Shown here: positions 54,736 through 64,000 of the stretch, piece by piece
Numbering within the stretch: the first letter of the stretch is position 1
How the letters are laid out: the number at the start of each line of letters is the position of its first letter
Virus record (IMG/VR): IMGVR_UViG_2772190671_000001
DNA length: 64,000 bases
DNA from: an uncultured virus (IMG/VR IMGVR_UViG_2772190671_000001)
Taxonomy: Duplodnaviria > Heunggongvirae > Uroviricota > Caudoviricetes
Reading direction: 5' to 3' (one strand)
Notes under the pieces: model-generated
Seen by the model: only the letters and a program-made list of their open reading frames with translations
What the model was told of the DNA's origin: nothing
The model's database searches: none
Translations under genes and position numbers: made by a program

Positions 54736-55079
54736 GCGGCGGCCCTCCTAGCGGCGGCGGTGCCTTTCCAGGTGCGCACCCCGCTGTGGTGGACGGTGGG
54801 GCGGGCGGAGCAGGCCCAGCCCGCTTTCTTCACGTAGCCCTCGTCCTGCAGGAGGGTCATGAGCCGGCCCCAGTGAGCTTGCGGGTTCGGGGGCTGCGGC
54901 AGCTGGTGGGCGTCGGCGATCTCGAAGGTGGTGAAGGTGCGGCCCGACGCGGCGGCGGCTATGAACTTGGGCCAGACTTCGGCGAGCCACGACTCGTAGT
55001 CCTCGGCCTGCCGCTGCGTCTTCGTCTGCCGCGGCTCGGGGACGCTGCCGTCGAGGGCGGGCTGCACGATCGCGGTCAT
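54732..55079 (-). CDS. wHTH-like hypothetical protein
   Basis: FTTFEIAD...HWGRLM; coupled. Confidence 0.65.
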   Translation of the reverse strand: MTAIVQPALDGSVPEPRQTKTQRQAEDYESWLAEVWPKFIAAAASGRTFTTFEIADAHQLPQPPNPQAHWGRLMTLLQDEGYVKKAGWACSARPTVHHSGVRTWKGTAAARRAAA

Positions 55080-55927
55080 GACGCCGCCTCGTCCTGCTCC
55101 GCGCTGCCTGTGGGCAGTTCGATGACCTGGCCCTGGTCACCGTGGCCTAGCGTGGGGCGGTCCTCGCGCAGCTCTGCGTGCAACCAACGCAGCCCTTTCG
55201 GGGTGACCACGGTGTACGGGTGCGCGCCGGCCGCGCTGACCTCTGTGCGCACCGCGAAGTACCCGCGGTCGATGAGGTTCTGGTAGGGCAGAGTGGAGTT
55301 CTGCATGATGATCCCCATCCCGCGGAGCAGGTTGAGGAACCGCGTGCGGCCGACGCCCGTAACTGGGGCGAGGACCTTGGCCACTGCCCCCATGTCGAGG
55401 TAGCCGTCGGCGGCGATCAAGTCGTCGTACCCCTCAGCCTTTGGTGCGAGTTCGGCCACCTCACGGGAGAGTTCCGCGTTGGTGGTGGCGAGGTGCTGCT
55501 CGCGTTCCAGGGCGGCGATGTACCGATGTGCGAGCTCCAGCTCCGTCATCGGTCGTTCGGCCCGGACTTCCGCCTCCCGGGTGCGCATCGCGAAGTAGGC
55601 CTGCGCTGATGCGACCTCCGGCTTGTTCGGGTCGCCGTTCATCGCAAGCAGATAGGCGGCGACTCGGGTGAGGCGGTAATCAACCGAGGCGGGGCCGCTC
55701 TGACCTGCAACTTTACGCGTCTCCGTAAAGTTCTCCGCCACGTCGAGGCCCTGATTGCGCGCTGCCGTCTTGGCCCGCCCGAGGGCGGGAGCCAGAGACT
55801 GCCACTTGCGGTAGCCCATGAGGGCCTGAAGATCGCGAGCGGACCACCGGCCGTCTGCTCCCATAGCAGCGTCGAAGGGCGACCCCGTTGGCTCTTCAGG
55901 GTCGGGGGTGGCGACGAGGGTCTTCAC
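55076..55927 (-). CDS. Phage antirepressor (DinD/BRO-like N-domain, KilAC/ANT C-domain)
   Basis: WSARDLQALMGY...MNGDPNKPEVASAQAYFA; APKAEGYD...LPYQNLIDRGYF...VTPKGLRWL. Confidence 0.88.
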   Translation of the reverse strand: MKTLVATPDPEEPTGSPFDAAMGADGRWSARDLQALMGYRKWQSLAPALGRAKTAARNQGLDVAENFTETRKVAGQSGPASVDYRLTRVAAYLLAMNGDPNKPEVASAQAYFAMRTREAEVRAERPMTELELAHRYIAALEREQHLATTNAELSREVAELAPKAEGYDDLIAADGYLDMGAVAKVLAPVTGVGRTRFLNLLRGMGIIMQNSTLPYQNLIDRGYFAVRTEVSAAGAHPYTVVTPKGLRWLHAELREDRPTLGHGDQGQVIELPTGSAEQDEAAS

Positions 55928-56001
55928 AGGTTCCTCCCGGGGTGTGGTGTGCTGGTGGTGGGGCCGCCCCGATTCCCGCGGGGCGGCCTCAGGTGTGCGG
56001 G

Positions 56002-56784
56002 CTACTGCTCGGTGGGCTCGGGCGCGGGTTCGGCCTGCGGTTCGGCGGCCAGCCAGGCGAGGAGCGGGCCGGCGATGTCGCGCGCTCCCTGCGGGCGCTG
56101 GATGACCTTGCGATTGAGGGCCGGGCAGCGGGACTTGAGGACTTCGAGGGTGTTGTCTATGTCCATCGCCACGGCAACGTCGAACTCGTACTCGATGCCC
56201 TTGCGCTGCTCGGGCCGGGTGCCGACCTGCTTCGGCTTGCCGTTCTCCAGCACCCATTCCGTGTAGGAGCGCATCGAGGCGACGACGTGGCCGGGGTAGG
56301 CGAGGATCGCGGCGACCATGTCGTTCTGCATGGGGGTGCCGTCTTTCCAGCCGGCGAACTTGTTGCCGCCGTACCTGCTGCTGGCCTTCTCGACCTGGTC
56401 GAGGGTTCCGTCGGTGCCCTTCCAGAAGTGGGAGAGGCTGTCGACGAACACGGTCGGGTATCCGGCGTGCGCCGCGGCGTCGAGGGCACGGGCAAGGTCT
56501 CGCGGGTCGTAGCGGTCCATGGCGAGGGTGTCGAACTGGATGCCGCCGATCCCGGCGTACAGGCTGGCTGCACCCTTCTCGGTGTCGATGACGGCGAACC
56601 GCTTGCCCTCGGACAGGCCGTGGCAGATGCCGAGGCCGGTCCAGGTCTTGCCGGAGCCGGACAGTCCCTGGATGGACAGGCGGGCCTTACGGCCGGCCTT
56701 GCTGGCGGGGCTGAACGCGAAGTGCTCAGAGGTGGCCTGCTGGGCAGGGCGAGCAGCGCGGACAGGCGGCGGAAGCTGGGTCAC
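56002..56784 (-). CDS. AAA-family ATPase (AAA_24/Sak4-like recombination protein)
   Basis: GLSGSGKT, VIDTEKG, VFVDSLSHFW, EYEFD. Confidence 0.85.
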   Translation of the reverse strand: MTQLPPPVRAARPAQQATSEHFAFSPASKAGRKARLSIQGLSGSGKTWTGLGICHGLSEGKRFAVIDTEKGAASLYAGIGGIQFDTLAMDRYDPRDLARALDAAAHAGYPTVFVDSLSHFWKGTDGTLDQVEKASSRYGGNKFAGWKDGTPMQNDMVAAILAYPGHVVASMRSYTEWVLENGKPKQVGTRPEQRKGIEYEFDVAVAMDIDNTLEVLKSRCPALNRKVIQRPQGARDIAGPLLAWLAAEPQAEPAPEPTEQ

Positions 56785-57614
56785 GAGTTCTCCTGGGCGT
56801 ACTTGCGCTCCACCCACGAGGGGAGCGAGAGGTAGGTGGTGCCTTCGCTGTAGGCGGGCCAGTGGCCGGTCTGTCGACACATGGCGTAGGTCCACAAGGC
56901 GCGGTCGTTGAGTTCGCCGCCGATCACGCGGGCGGGGAAGTCGAGTTCGACGACGGTCACCAGGTAGGGCGGTTGCTTTTCCTGGAAGACGAACTTGAAG
57001 GAGCCGCTGGGCGGGATGAGTCCGAGGTGGATGGCGCCGCGGCGGTAGAAGTCGTCTTGCTGGTGGTAGCCGTAGTCCTGCACGGCTTTCTGCAGGTAGT
57101 CGGGGTGGACGGACCGTGCGGACTTGTAGTCGACGATCTCGTCGGGGCGGAGCCAGTCGATGCGGCTGCGCCGCCAGATGTCGTCCTCTTCCCAGAAGAT
57201 CGACTGTTCGGCGAGGCCGCTCCCTGGGGTGAGGAGATCGGATGCTTCGGGGTGGTTGGCGAGGGCTTCGGCCATGTCGTCGATCCGCTGTCGCGCCTCG
57301 GCTTTGAGGGGGACACCGCCGGCTGCCCGTATGGCGGCGAGCCGGGCCTTCGTCTCGTTGGTGTCCCAGCGCTTCTCGTCGACGACGACGAGCTCGGGGC
57401 CGTTGCCGAGGATCACGGTGTGCGCGGCGGTGCCGAACTCGAACTCGGGCTTGTAGGGCTCGGGGTTGTCGAGGAAGTACTTGAAGCGGGCGGGGCAGTC
57501 GGCGAGGCGGCGGGCGCCGGTCGAGGAGAGGCTGCCTCCGGGGATCGGGTCGGAGTGGTAGAGCTCGGCGTCGATGTCGTACAGGCCGGGCTGCACCTCG
57601 ACCGTGGCGGTCAT
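56781..57614 (-). CDS. RecE/ExoVIII-like PD-(D/E)XK exonuclease
   Basis: YHSD...LSSTG...FGTAAHT...RSRIDWL...IVDYKS...YGYHQQ. Confidence 0.88.
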   Translation of the reverse strand: MTATVEVQPGLYDIDAELYHSDPIPGGSLSSTGARRLADCPARFKYFLDNPEPYKPEFEFGTAAHTVILGNGPELVVVDEKRWDTNETKARLAAIRAAGGVPLKAEARQRIDDMAEALANHPEASDLLTPGSGLAEQSIFWEEDDIWRRSRIDWLRPDEIVDYKSARSVHPDYLQKAVQDYGYHQQDDFYRRGAIHLGLIPPSGSFKFVFQEKQPPYLVTVVELDFPARVIGGELNDRALWTYAMCRQTGHWPAYSEGTTYLSLPSWVERKYAQENS

Positions 57615-57946
57615 GCGACGCCGTCCAGGGGCATCGGGCGGGCGCACGCCTCACACAGGCCGGCGGGAACGAACGGGCCGTCGGTGCCCTGGCAGCGGGT
57701 GCAGCGGATCGCGGCGGCGGCCTGGAGTTTGGCGAGGCCGTCCTCGTCGTACCGGGCCAGGTGCAGCGCCTCGGACAGTTCCGGGTAGGCGTCGCGAAGG
57801 ATGGCCCGGTTGCGGACGTCTGCGGATTCGATGGCGGCCATGAGGTGCTGGGTGAAGGTGCCGGGCTGCGCGCCGCCGCACCGGTCGTAGCGCCACAGCA
57901 CGTGACGTGCGGTCTCCGTCGTGATGGTGATGCTGCTGGTGCTCAT
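57611..57946 (-). CDS. Hypothetical protein with C-terminal Zn ribbon
   Basis: RBS GGAG; CTRC...CEAC. Confidence 0.65.
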   Translation of the reverse strand: MSTSSITITTETARHVLWRYDRCGGAQPGTFTQHLMAAIESADVRNRAILRDAYPELSEALHLARYDEDGLAKLQAAAAIRCTRCQGTDGPFVPAGLCEACARPMPLDGVA

Positions 57947-58077
57947 GTGATCTCCAAGAGGGTGTGGGGTGCCGGGCGCCGCCCCGCCGAGGGGGAGGGG
58001 TGGGGCGGCGCCTCGGCTGCCGCGGAGCTTTGGGGGAAGAGCTCGACGCGGCCGTATGGGAGGTGTCGGCCGGGCCG

Positions 58078-58620
58078 CTAGTCGGCGTCGGCGAGCTCGA
58101 CGACCCGGTTGTGGGCCTCGTTGAAGTCGTCGGTGTCGAGGCCCATCCACGGCACGCGGTGCGTCATGGCGACCATGACGTCGAGGGCGTTGTAGCCGTC
58201 CGCCTTGAACTCGGCGGCGGTGGCCTCGATGTCGGCGTCCGTGTAGGTACCGTTGTGGGTGACGTCGCCTGGCATGTAGCTGCTGCCGGGCTCGTCGCAC
58301 CAGGCGTAGCTGAGCTTTGCGTACAGGTCCCGTGCGGTCTTGCTGCTGATGGTGACCTGGAGGTAGTCCTCGTCGCGTGTCCAGTCGATGCCGGACTCCA
58401 CCAGGATGGCGACGCCCTTGAAGGCGTCCTCGCGGCGCATCGCTTCCGCGATGGCGCGACCGTCGTGGTGGCCGATTCGCCAGCGGGCTGGGCAGTTGAT
58501 CGACTGGTCGTTCGGCATGCGGAAGACGACGAGGCCGGGTGCGGCCTGGATGGCGTCGGGGACGGTGTAGCGCTGCTCGCCGTGGACGACCATGCGGTAC
58601 TCGGTGGTCTCACCGATCAT
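58078..58620 (-). CDS. Hypothetical protein
   Basis: RBS AGGAG; protein-like composition. Confidence 0.7.
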   Translation of the reverse strand: MIGETTEYRMVVHGEQRYTVPDAIQAAPGLVVFRMPNDQSINCPARWRIGHHDGRAIAEAMRREDAFKGVAILVESGIDWTRDEDYLQVTISSKTARDLYAKLSYAWCDEPGSSYMPGDVTHNGTYTDADIEATAAEFKADGYNALDVMVAMTHRVPWMGLDTDDFNEAHNRVVELADAD

Positions 58621-58690
58621 GAGGATCTCCTGTGGGATGCTGGTGTCGGATCCCCGGGCGTCGGTAGCGCTCGGGGGTTTTGCTGTCCGG

Positions 58691-58876
58691 TTAGGCGGCG
58701 GCCGGGCTGGTGGGCTTGCGGCGCCTCGCGATGCGCACCGACTGGTTGCCGCGGGTCTGGCAGGGACAGTTCGGGTGGTGCTGGCGGCTGATGGCGAGCT
58801 GTCCCGGCTGGCCGCTCACGGTCGTGATCACGTGGTGGCCGTTGCGGATGCCGTCGATGCTGGTGGGCTTACGCAT
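58691..58876 (-). CDS. Hypothetical protein
   Basis: Overlaps upstream stop; HHPNCPC. Confidence 0.5.
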   Translation of the reverse strand: MRKPTSIDGIRNGHHVITTVSGQPGQLAISRQHHPNCPCQTRGNQSVRIARRRKPTSPAAA

Positions 58877-59006
58877 CGGCGTCGTCCTCGGTGAGGCTGG
58901 CCTCGAACTCGGCGTCCACGGCGTCCTGAAGGTCGCTGAAGAACCGGGAAGCGAAGCGGTGGAAGGCCTCCCCGTCGGGGGTCAGCTCGGTGGTGTTCTC
59001 GGACAT
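58869..59006 (-). CDS. 45-aa acidic protein (not in ORF track)
   Basis: RBS AAGGAG; MSENTTELTPDGEAFHRFASRFFSDLQDAVDAEFEASLTEDDADA. Confidence 0.6.
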   Translation of the reverse strand: MSENTTELTPDGEAFHRFASRFFSDLQDAVDAEFEASLTEDDADA

Positions 59007-59027
59007 GGGTTCTCCTTGCGGTGGCGG

Positions 59028-59480
59028 TCAGGTGTGCCCGGGGTCGGTGACGGGTCCGAGGAGTCCGGCGTCGCGGGCGTCCCAGAGGGCGCGGACTTCG
59101 CGGACGTCGATCGGGCCGGTCGCCTGGTCGGCGGGATCCGACGTGTCACGAACCCAGGCAGGGACGGTGACCCGGGCGGCGTTCGCCTCAGCGGCAAGCT
59201 GCGCGCCGAACTTCTGCCGCAGCCAAACGACTTCCTCAGCGAGCGCGTCGCGCTGGCTGGTGACGTCATCGATGTCGGCGAGCTGCTGCACGACGAGTTC
59301 TTCGGCCGCGGCCTGCTTGGCGCGGCTCTCCCTCAAGTCCTGCTGCAGGAGGGCAACCTCATCGCCGGCGGCGTGCAGGTTGCCGAGGAGGATCACGACT
59401 TCCTGCCGCAGCTTGGCGACCTTGTCGACGGCGCGTCGGCTGCCGGTGCCCTTGAGCTTGGGGATCAGGTGCAGGCTCAT
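59028..59480 (-). CDS. Coiled-coil hypothetical protein
   Basis: RBS GGAG; heptad pattern. Confidence 0.65.
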   Translation of the reverse strand: MSLHLIPKLKGTGSRRAVDKVAKLRQEVVILLGNLHAAGDEVALLQQDLRESRAKQAAAEELVVQQLADIDDVTSQRDALAEEVVWLRQKFGAQLAAEANAARVTVPAWVRDTSDPADQATGPIDVREVRALWDARDAGLLGPVTDPGHT

Positions 59481-59665
59481 GGCTTCTCCAGTCCGGTGCG
59501 GTCGATGTATCCGGCGGCTTCCGTGGCCTGGAAGTCGGCGGCGGTGCGGAGTTCGAAGTTGCGTTCCTGTGCGTCGGCCAGCTCGGCTTCCAGGTCGGCG
59601 ATCCGCGTCTTGAGCCAGCAGATCGCGGCGGCCGGGTCGGGGTCGACGGCCGGCGGGGCGGTCAC
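59477..59665 (-). CDS. Hypothetical protein
   Basis: GTGA-coupled. Confidence 0.55.
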   Translation of the reverse strand: MTAPPAVDPDPAAAICWLKTRIADLEAELADAQERNFELRTAADFQATEAAGYIDRTGLEKP

Positions 59666-59859
59666 CGGGTCGCCTCGGTGACGTTGCCGTTCCGGTCGAC
59701 GTAGATCCGGAACGGGCCGCGTGTCCCGTGGCTGAGGCGGTCGCAGAGTTCCTCCCACGTCTCCCCCGGCCCGCTGTCAGCCGGTTGGATACCGACGAGG
59801 GCGGCGAGACCGTGGACGCGGACCACGGGCGGCAGCGCGGCAAGATCGGCGACCGTCAT
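59662..59859 (-). CDS. Hypothetical protein
   Basis: ATGA-coupled. Confidence 0.55.
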   Translation of the reverse strand: MTVADLAALPPVVRVHGLAALVGIQPADSGPGETWEELCDRLSHGTRGPFRIYVDRNGNVTEATR

Positions 59860-60059
59860 GTCGTCACCCCTTGTGGGTGGCGGCGCAGCCACTCGCGGCG
59901 CAGCCTGTAGCGGGCGTGGACCTTGTCGACGGCGTCCAGGTACTCGGCCGTCGTCCACGGGCGGACACCCCTCGCGCGGGCCTCCCACGCCGCCTCCACG
60001 GCCAGCACGGAATCCATCTCCAGGTCAGCCAGCGGGCGGGGTTCGGTGACGGTCGCCAT
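59856..60059 (-). CDS. Hypothetical protein
   Basis: RBS GGAGG; coupled. Confidence 0.6.
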   Translation of the reverse strand: MATVTEPRPLADLEMDSVLAVEAAWEARARGVRPWTTAEYLDAVDKVHARYRLRREWLRRHPQGVTT

Positions 60060-60060
60060 G

Positions 60061-60678
60061 TCACGCCACCTCCGCCGTCTTGAGGGAGGCCGCGTAGAGG
60101 TCGATGCCGTGGCGGATCGCGTGACAGCAGTGCAGGAAGCCGGGCGTGTAGTCGCAGAACTTCCACTCCCAGGTCTCGCCGAACGTCCAGCCCTGGTACC
60201 GGAAGTCGTCGAGTTCCTTCCGGGCCCCAGCCTCGTGGCTGATGTCGCCCCACTCGAAGATGTCGCGGGTGACCTCGGCGCCGATGCCGCGCGGCGCGTC
60301 TCCGTTGCGGATGGCCTCGACGACGTGCTGCTTGACCTGCTGCTCGAAGAGGTCCGGGTTGAAGCCCTCGATCTCGTCGCGCCCAGCCCGGACCTTCTCC
60401 GACCAGTAGCCGGGGTTGATCTGGCCACTGAAGGCGGTCTTCCGGAACAGGTCGAACATGTCGGGGGTGGCGTCGATGTCGAAGTGGAACGTCCAGCCCG
60501 CCTTGACGACGAGGTTGTACGGCCATGTGATCAGCTCGAACGGGTAGCGGCTGAACGGCGAGTCCGCCGTTCCCTCGAACCGCAGGTGCCGGTACAGGCC
60601 GTCGTCGTGCAGGACGGTCATCTGGTGGCTCGCCGTGTCGCGGGCGAACCGCTCGGCGATCTCCGGGTAGTCGCTCAC
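60061..60678 (-). CDS. Phage hypothetical protein
   Basis: FARDTASHQMTVLHDDGLYRHLRF...DMFDLFR...INPGYWSEK. Confidence 0.75.
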   Translation of the reverse strand: MSDYPEIAERFARDTASHQMTVLHDDGLYRHLRFEGTADSPFSRYPFELITWPYNLVVKAGWTFHFDIDATPDMFDLFRKTAFSGQINPGYWSEKVRAGRDEIEGFNPDLFEQQVKQHVVEAIRNGDAPRGIGAEVTRDIFEWGDISHEAGARKELDDFRYQGWTFGETWEWKFCDYTPGFLHCCHAIRHGIDLYAASLKTAEVA

Positions 60679-60908
60679 GGCGTCTCCTGCGGGCGGTAGT
60701 AGGTGGGCTGTGCGGCGAGGGCGGCAGCCCAGTCGGGGTAGTCCTGGTCGCAGCCGCACGCCTCGGCGGGGCAGGCGCAGGCCAGGTCTGCGAACGCTGT
60801 GTCAAGCGGGTCGAGTTGGTGGGACTGCTCGACCAGATCGGCGATCCGCTGCTTCAGCGTCGACAGCGGCACGTCCAGGTCGGCGATCGGGCGGGACGGG
60901 GCGGTCAC
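60675..60908 (-). CDS. Hypothetical protein
   Basis: GTGA-coupled. Confidence 0.5.
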   Translation of the reverse strand: MTAPSRPIADLDVPLSTLKQRIADLVEQSHQLDPLDTAFADLACACPAEACGCDQDYPDWAAALAAQPTYYRPQETP

Positions 60909-61210
60909 GACGCGGCCCCCGGAGCCTGTTCGCCGCAGGTCACGTTGCGGATCGTGCGGATGTCCGCCTCGAACGCCGACAGCTGCAGCGTCCACTGGCC
61001 GTCGATCTCGGCGTGGAACTTGATCCGTGCGTTCTCGCTGTCGGAACCGAACACGCCATTACCGAGGGCGGCAACGCGGACACGCATGCTGTCGTGCGAG
61101 ACCTGGTGGGCGATGACCTTCTCGACATGCCCGGACTGCCAGGTGATCTCGTACACCTGGTGCGGGACGTTTGCGTAGAAGGACTCGCGCTTCTGGGATG
61201 ATTGAGGCAC
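60905..61210 (-). CDS. Hypothetical protein
   Basis: RBS AAAGGGG. Confidence 0.65.
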   Translation of the reverse strand: MPQSSQKRESFYANVPHQVYEITWQSGHVEKVIAHQVSHDSMRVRVAALGNGVFGSDSENARIKFHAEIDGQWTLQLSAFEADIRTIRNVTCGEQAPGAAS

Positions 61211-61313
61211 GTGAAGCCCCTTTCGTTTCTACGGTTCGTGAGGGGTGGATCGCACGGCTTGGCCGCGGGGCCCCGGCTGCCGGTGTGCGAACCGGCGGTT
61301 GGGGTCTTGGCCG

Positions 61314-61613
61314 CTAAGCGGCGACGCGGGCCGGCTCGGCCTTGCTGAACGGCTTGACCGTGTAGCGCTCGATGAGGGCCACGATCTGCGCGCCGGTCAG
61401 GTAGTTGTCGCGGCCGTTGAAGACGTAGTCGATCTCCTTGCGGCGGCACATCTCGGCGATCTTGCGGCCGGAGAACGGGGCCCAGATGGCGGCCTCGTAG
61501 GGCGTGTAGGCGAAGAGCTGGCCTTCGGCGGTCTGCGGCGCCGGGAGCTTCTCGCGGATCTTGGGGGCGGGGCGCTTGCGGGGCGCGGACGTCGTGGCCT
61601 GGGGGGCGGTCAC
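61314..61613 (-). CDS. Excisionase-like HTH protein
   Basis: AYTPYEAA...KIAEMCRRKEI; follows Cro-like gene. Confidence 0.65.
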   Translation of the reverse strand: MTAPQATTSAPRKRPAPKIREKLPAPQTAEGQLFAYTPYEAAIWAPFSGRKIAEMCRRKEIDYVFNGRDNYLTGAQIVALIERYTVKPFSKAEPARVAA

Positions 61614-61816
61614 GGGGTCTCCTTGTGGGTGATGTCATCAGGGGTGACACCCAGCGCGTCCGCGACCTTTTCGATGTTTTCCGCACTCAGCCCGGCGAGT
61701 CCTCGTTCGACTCGGGAGAGGTGCGACCGATGGATCCCCGTCTTTGCGGAGAGCGTGCGCAGGCCCATTTGAAGAGCCCTCCTTCTGTAGCGGATAGCGC
61801 TGGAGTGCGGTCTCAC
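61610..61816 (-). CDS. Cro-like XRE HTH regulator
   Basis: GLRTLSAKTGIHRSHLSRVERG...KVADALGV. Confidence 0.88.
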   Translation of the reverse strand: MRPHSSAIRYRRRALQMGLRTLSAKTGIHRSHLSRVERGLAGLSAENIEKVADALGVTPDDITHKETP

Positions 61817-62031
61817 GCCTTAGAAGCTAGCTACTCGATACGCTTCAGGCAAGCGCTAGTGCTACATCGGTGCGCTTTTTTATAGCTGCTCGGGACCGGC
61901 GCGCCCCCTACCTACCGGTAAGCACAGTGCGCCCCATGCAACCCAAACGCTCTGTTTGTGAGCCCAAGCGCAGGTCAAACGGCTCAATCCCCGCTAGGTG
62001 GTTGCATGGAAGTAGTGCATGATGGAGAGCC

Positions 62032-62550
62032 ATGGAGCGAGATTGGGAACGGCTCGGCAGGGCATACGCGAAGGCCCGGACCGCGGCAGGCCTCACCCAG
62101 GAACAGGTCGCGGAGCGGCTGCACGTCAGCCGCACCCCCATCCAGGCCATCGAGCGCGGACGGCAGCCCAACGGCAAGGCCTTCACGAAGGTCACCCAGA
62201 CGATGCGGTCCTACGCGCGCCTGGTCGGCTGGACCGAGGCGTCCCCCGATCTGATCCTCGACGGGCAGGAACCAGAACCGGCCACGCGACCCGTTTCACC
62301 GGCCGCCGAGTCCAGGTCCGGTCTTCCGCCGGCGATCGACCGCGAACTGCGTTCCGGGCAAACCCTCGACCACACCGTGGTGCACCTCAGCGGCGAAGGC
62401 GATGACGACGATGTCAGGCTCGTAGTCGTCCTCAAGGGCGCGGAGGGCATGAGCGAGGAGGAGATCGACCGGCGCTACGAGCAGTGGCGCAGGGCGCGGC
62501 GCCAGGTGCAGGCACTGGCCGGCGAACCAGACACCCCACAGGAGCCGTAA
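62032..62550 (+). CDS. Immunity repressor (XRE HTH)
   Basis: ARTAAGLTQEQVAERLHVSRTPIQAIERG; divergent from Cro-like gene, upstream of integrase. Confidence 0.85.
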   Translation: MERDWERLGRAYAKARTAAGLTQEQVAERLHVSRTPIQAIERGRQPNGKAFTKVTQTMRSYARLVGWTEASPDLILDGQEPEPATRPVSPAAESRSGLPPAIDRELRSGQTLDHTVVHLSGEGDDDDVRLVVVLKGAEGMSEEEIDRRYEQWRRARRQVQALAGEPDTPQEP

Positions 62551-62650
62551 GGCATTTTCGGCCCCAGACGGTCGACTGTGACTCAAAAGTATGCTTCGAT
62601 CGACAGACCGTCACCGAGGGGGGGCACTGCTCGGATCGGGGTAACAGCCC

Positions 62651-63061
62651 ATGTGGGTCATGCACGTTGAGCGTGTTCAGGGTGACTACAGAGAACCCGA
62701 GATCATCGATCTCGAAGACGGCACAGGCTGCCTGTTCAGGCTGCACGAGATAGACATCAGCGAGGACGGCGTGAAGCCCCTCGCGAAGCTCCTCACCGAG
62801 CAGGCGCAGCGCTGGGCGCCCAGGCCGCCCGGCTCCCCCCTCGGCCCGGTTATTCCCGTGCGCTGGGAGCGCATCCCCAACCCGCCGGACCCGCTCGCCA
62901 TAGGGGTCGACGACGGCCCCAACGGCATCACCTACACGCTGGACGCCAAGATGCTCAGCCAGCATGCCGCGGACTATCTCAGCCGACTCGACACGGAACG
63001 ATCTCCGTACTGGCAGCGTGTACCCAAGGGCTACCACGACGGCAAGAACGACGCCGAGTAG
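62651..63061 (+). CDS. Hypothetical protein between repressor and integrase
   Basis: Clean ORF; no HEXXH motif. Confidence 0.7.
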   Translation: MWVMHVERVQGDYREPEIIDLEDGTGCLFRLHEIDISEDGVKPLAKLLTEQAQRWAPRPPGSPLGPVIPVRWERIPNPPDPLAIGVDDGPNGITYTLDAKMLSQHAADYLSRLDTERSPYWQRVPKGYHDGKNDAE

Positions 63062-63080
63062 CGAAGCGCAAGGGGGCACC

Positions 63081-64000
63081 GTGGCCTACGCCGAGAAGGT
63101 CTACAAGGTCCGCAACGGCAAGCAGACCAAGCAGTACACGTGGAAGGCCAAGTACAAGAAGCCCGACGGCAGGTACGGGTCCGAGTCCGGCTTCCCGACG
63201 AAGGCTCTGGCCGAGCAGTGGGGCGGGCAGCAGGAAGCGGCGATCCGCGCCGGAACCTGGATCGACCCGGACAAGCTCAACACGCCGTTCGGTGAGTGGG
63301 TCGAGATCTGGAAGACGGCCAACAAGAAGCGCCCCCGCACCCAGAGCGGTCGCGCTTACCTGCTGGCCAAGCTCCTGCTGCCCGAGTGGGAGCACACGCC
63401 GCTAATGCAGGTGAACAACGTCTTCACGGTGAAGTCGTGGGCAACCCGCATGGCCAAGCCGCACGGCAAGCACGACCCGGACACCGTCGCCCAGGCCCGC
63501 AGCCTGCTCTCGTCGATTCTCTCCGGCGCTGAGGACGCCGGCTACATCCCGGCGAACAAGCTCTACGGCAGGCGCATCCTCGTAGGCGGCGATCACCACG
63601 AGGAGGAAGAGGAGGTCTGGGCACAGCCCGACGAGGTGTACCGCATGAACCAGCGCATGAGCGGCGTGCACGGGCTGATGATGACTGCTGACTGCTACCT
63701 GGGATTCCGGTGGGGGGAGTTGGCCGGCCTGCACCGGGACAACTGCCTCCTCAAGCGCGAGGACAAGATCGACGGGCGGCCGTTCGTGCGGCACGTGATC
63801 CGCGTCGATCCGAAGGTGGGCTCTCTGCACGAGGATCCGGTGGAGCTCGACGAGGAGAGCCTGGCTGCATGGGAGGCCGCCGAGGACGCGCGGCTACGGA
63901 AGTGCATCGAGAAGGGCTGGAAGGCGAACCGCAGGAAGGCGCCGGCGAACAAGCTGCACGTCTATCTGGGGCCGCCGAAGAACAAGTACTCCGCCCGCGA
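63081..64000 (+). CDS. int: Tyrosine integrase (3' end beyond window; not in ORF track)
   Basis: GTG start MAYAEKVYKVRNGK...SGFPTK (arm-binding-like), YLGFRWGELAGL (catalytic R), GPPKN; frame open to window end. Confidence 0.9.
   Translation, partial: MAYAEKVYKVRNGKQTKQYTWKAKYKKPDGRYGSESGFPTKALAEQWGGQQEAAIRAGTWIDPDKLNTPFGEWVEIWKTANKKRPRTQSGRAYLLAKLLLPEWEHTPLMQVNNVFTVKSWATRMAKPHGKHDPDTVAQARSLLSSILSGAEDAGYIPANKLYGRRILVGGDHHEEEEEVWAQPDEVYRMNQRMSGVHGLMMTADCYLGFRWGELAGLHRDNCLLKREDKIDGRPFVRHVIRVDPKVGSLHEDPVELDEESLAAWEAAEDARLRKCIEKGWKANRRKAPANKLHVYLGPPKNKYSAR

Larger units (their letters stand above)
1..64000. mobile_element. Temperate siphovirus-type prophage (actinomycete, probably Streptomyces), nearly complete; att ends not in window
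   Basis: Colinear integrase-repressor-early-terminase-portal-capsid-tail-tape measure-lysis modules, no obvious frameshifts, no host housekeeping genes. Confidence 0.95.

Noticed and set aside
1..64000. tRNA or rRNA genes and att direct repeats
   Set aside because: None recognised by eye; att sites are probably outside the window; tRNAscan-SE would be needed to confirm absence

Overview
The window is almost entirely one temperate siphovirus-type prophage of a high-GC actinomycete, probably Streptomyces (inferred from GC content, WhiB, and TraB/KorSA-type genes). It runs from an XRE gene at base 1 to a tyrosine integrase cut off at base 64000, so both att sites probably lie just outside. Reading right to left on the - strand: repressor/Cro/Xis switch (61.3-62.6 kb); early genes (RecE-like exonuclease, AAA ATPase, antirepressor, WhiB, HNH, replication initiator with an internal origin-like region, DNA methyltransferase; 45-61 kb); a terminator-bounded Streptomyces plasmid-type conjugation module (KorSA/TraR-like GntR with operators, RapZ-C domain protein, Spd-like membrane proteins, TraA-like, TraB/FtsK translocase, clt-like repeat locus; 35.9-45 kb) with no Rep or integrase of its own; putative late regulators; a block of appendage genes ahead of the terminase (collagen + polysaccharide deacetylase, HylP-like hyaluronate lyase); head, tail and lysis genes (7.2-29.3 kb); and an accessory arm with a second, XerC/D-like recombinase next to an 11-6-11 dif/lox-like site, plus several small autoregulated cassettes. 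Main hypothesis: a phage that can also spread as a circular DNA by TraB-mediated mycelial conjugation, with its own dimer-resolution system. All product calls come from motif recognition and gene order; no database search was run.
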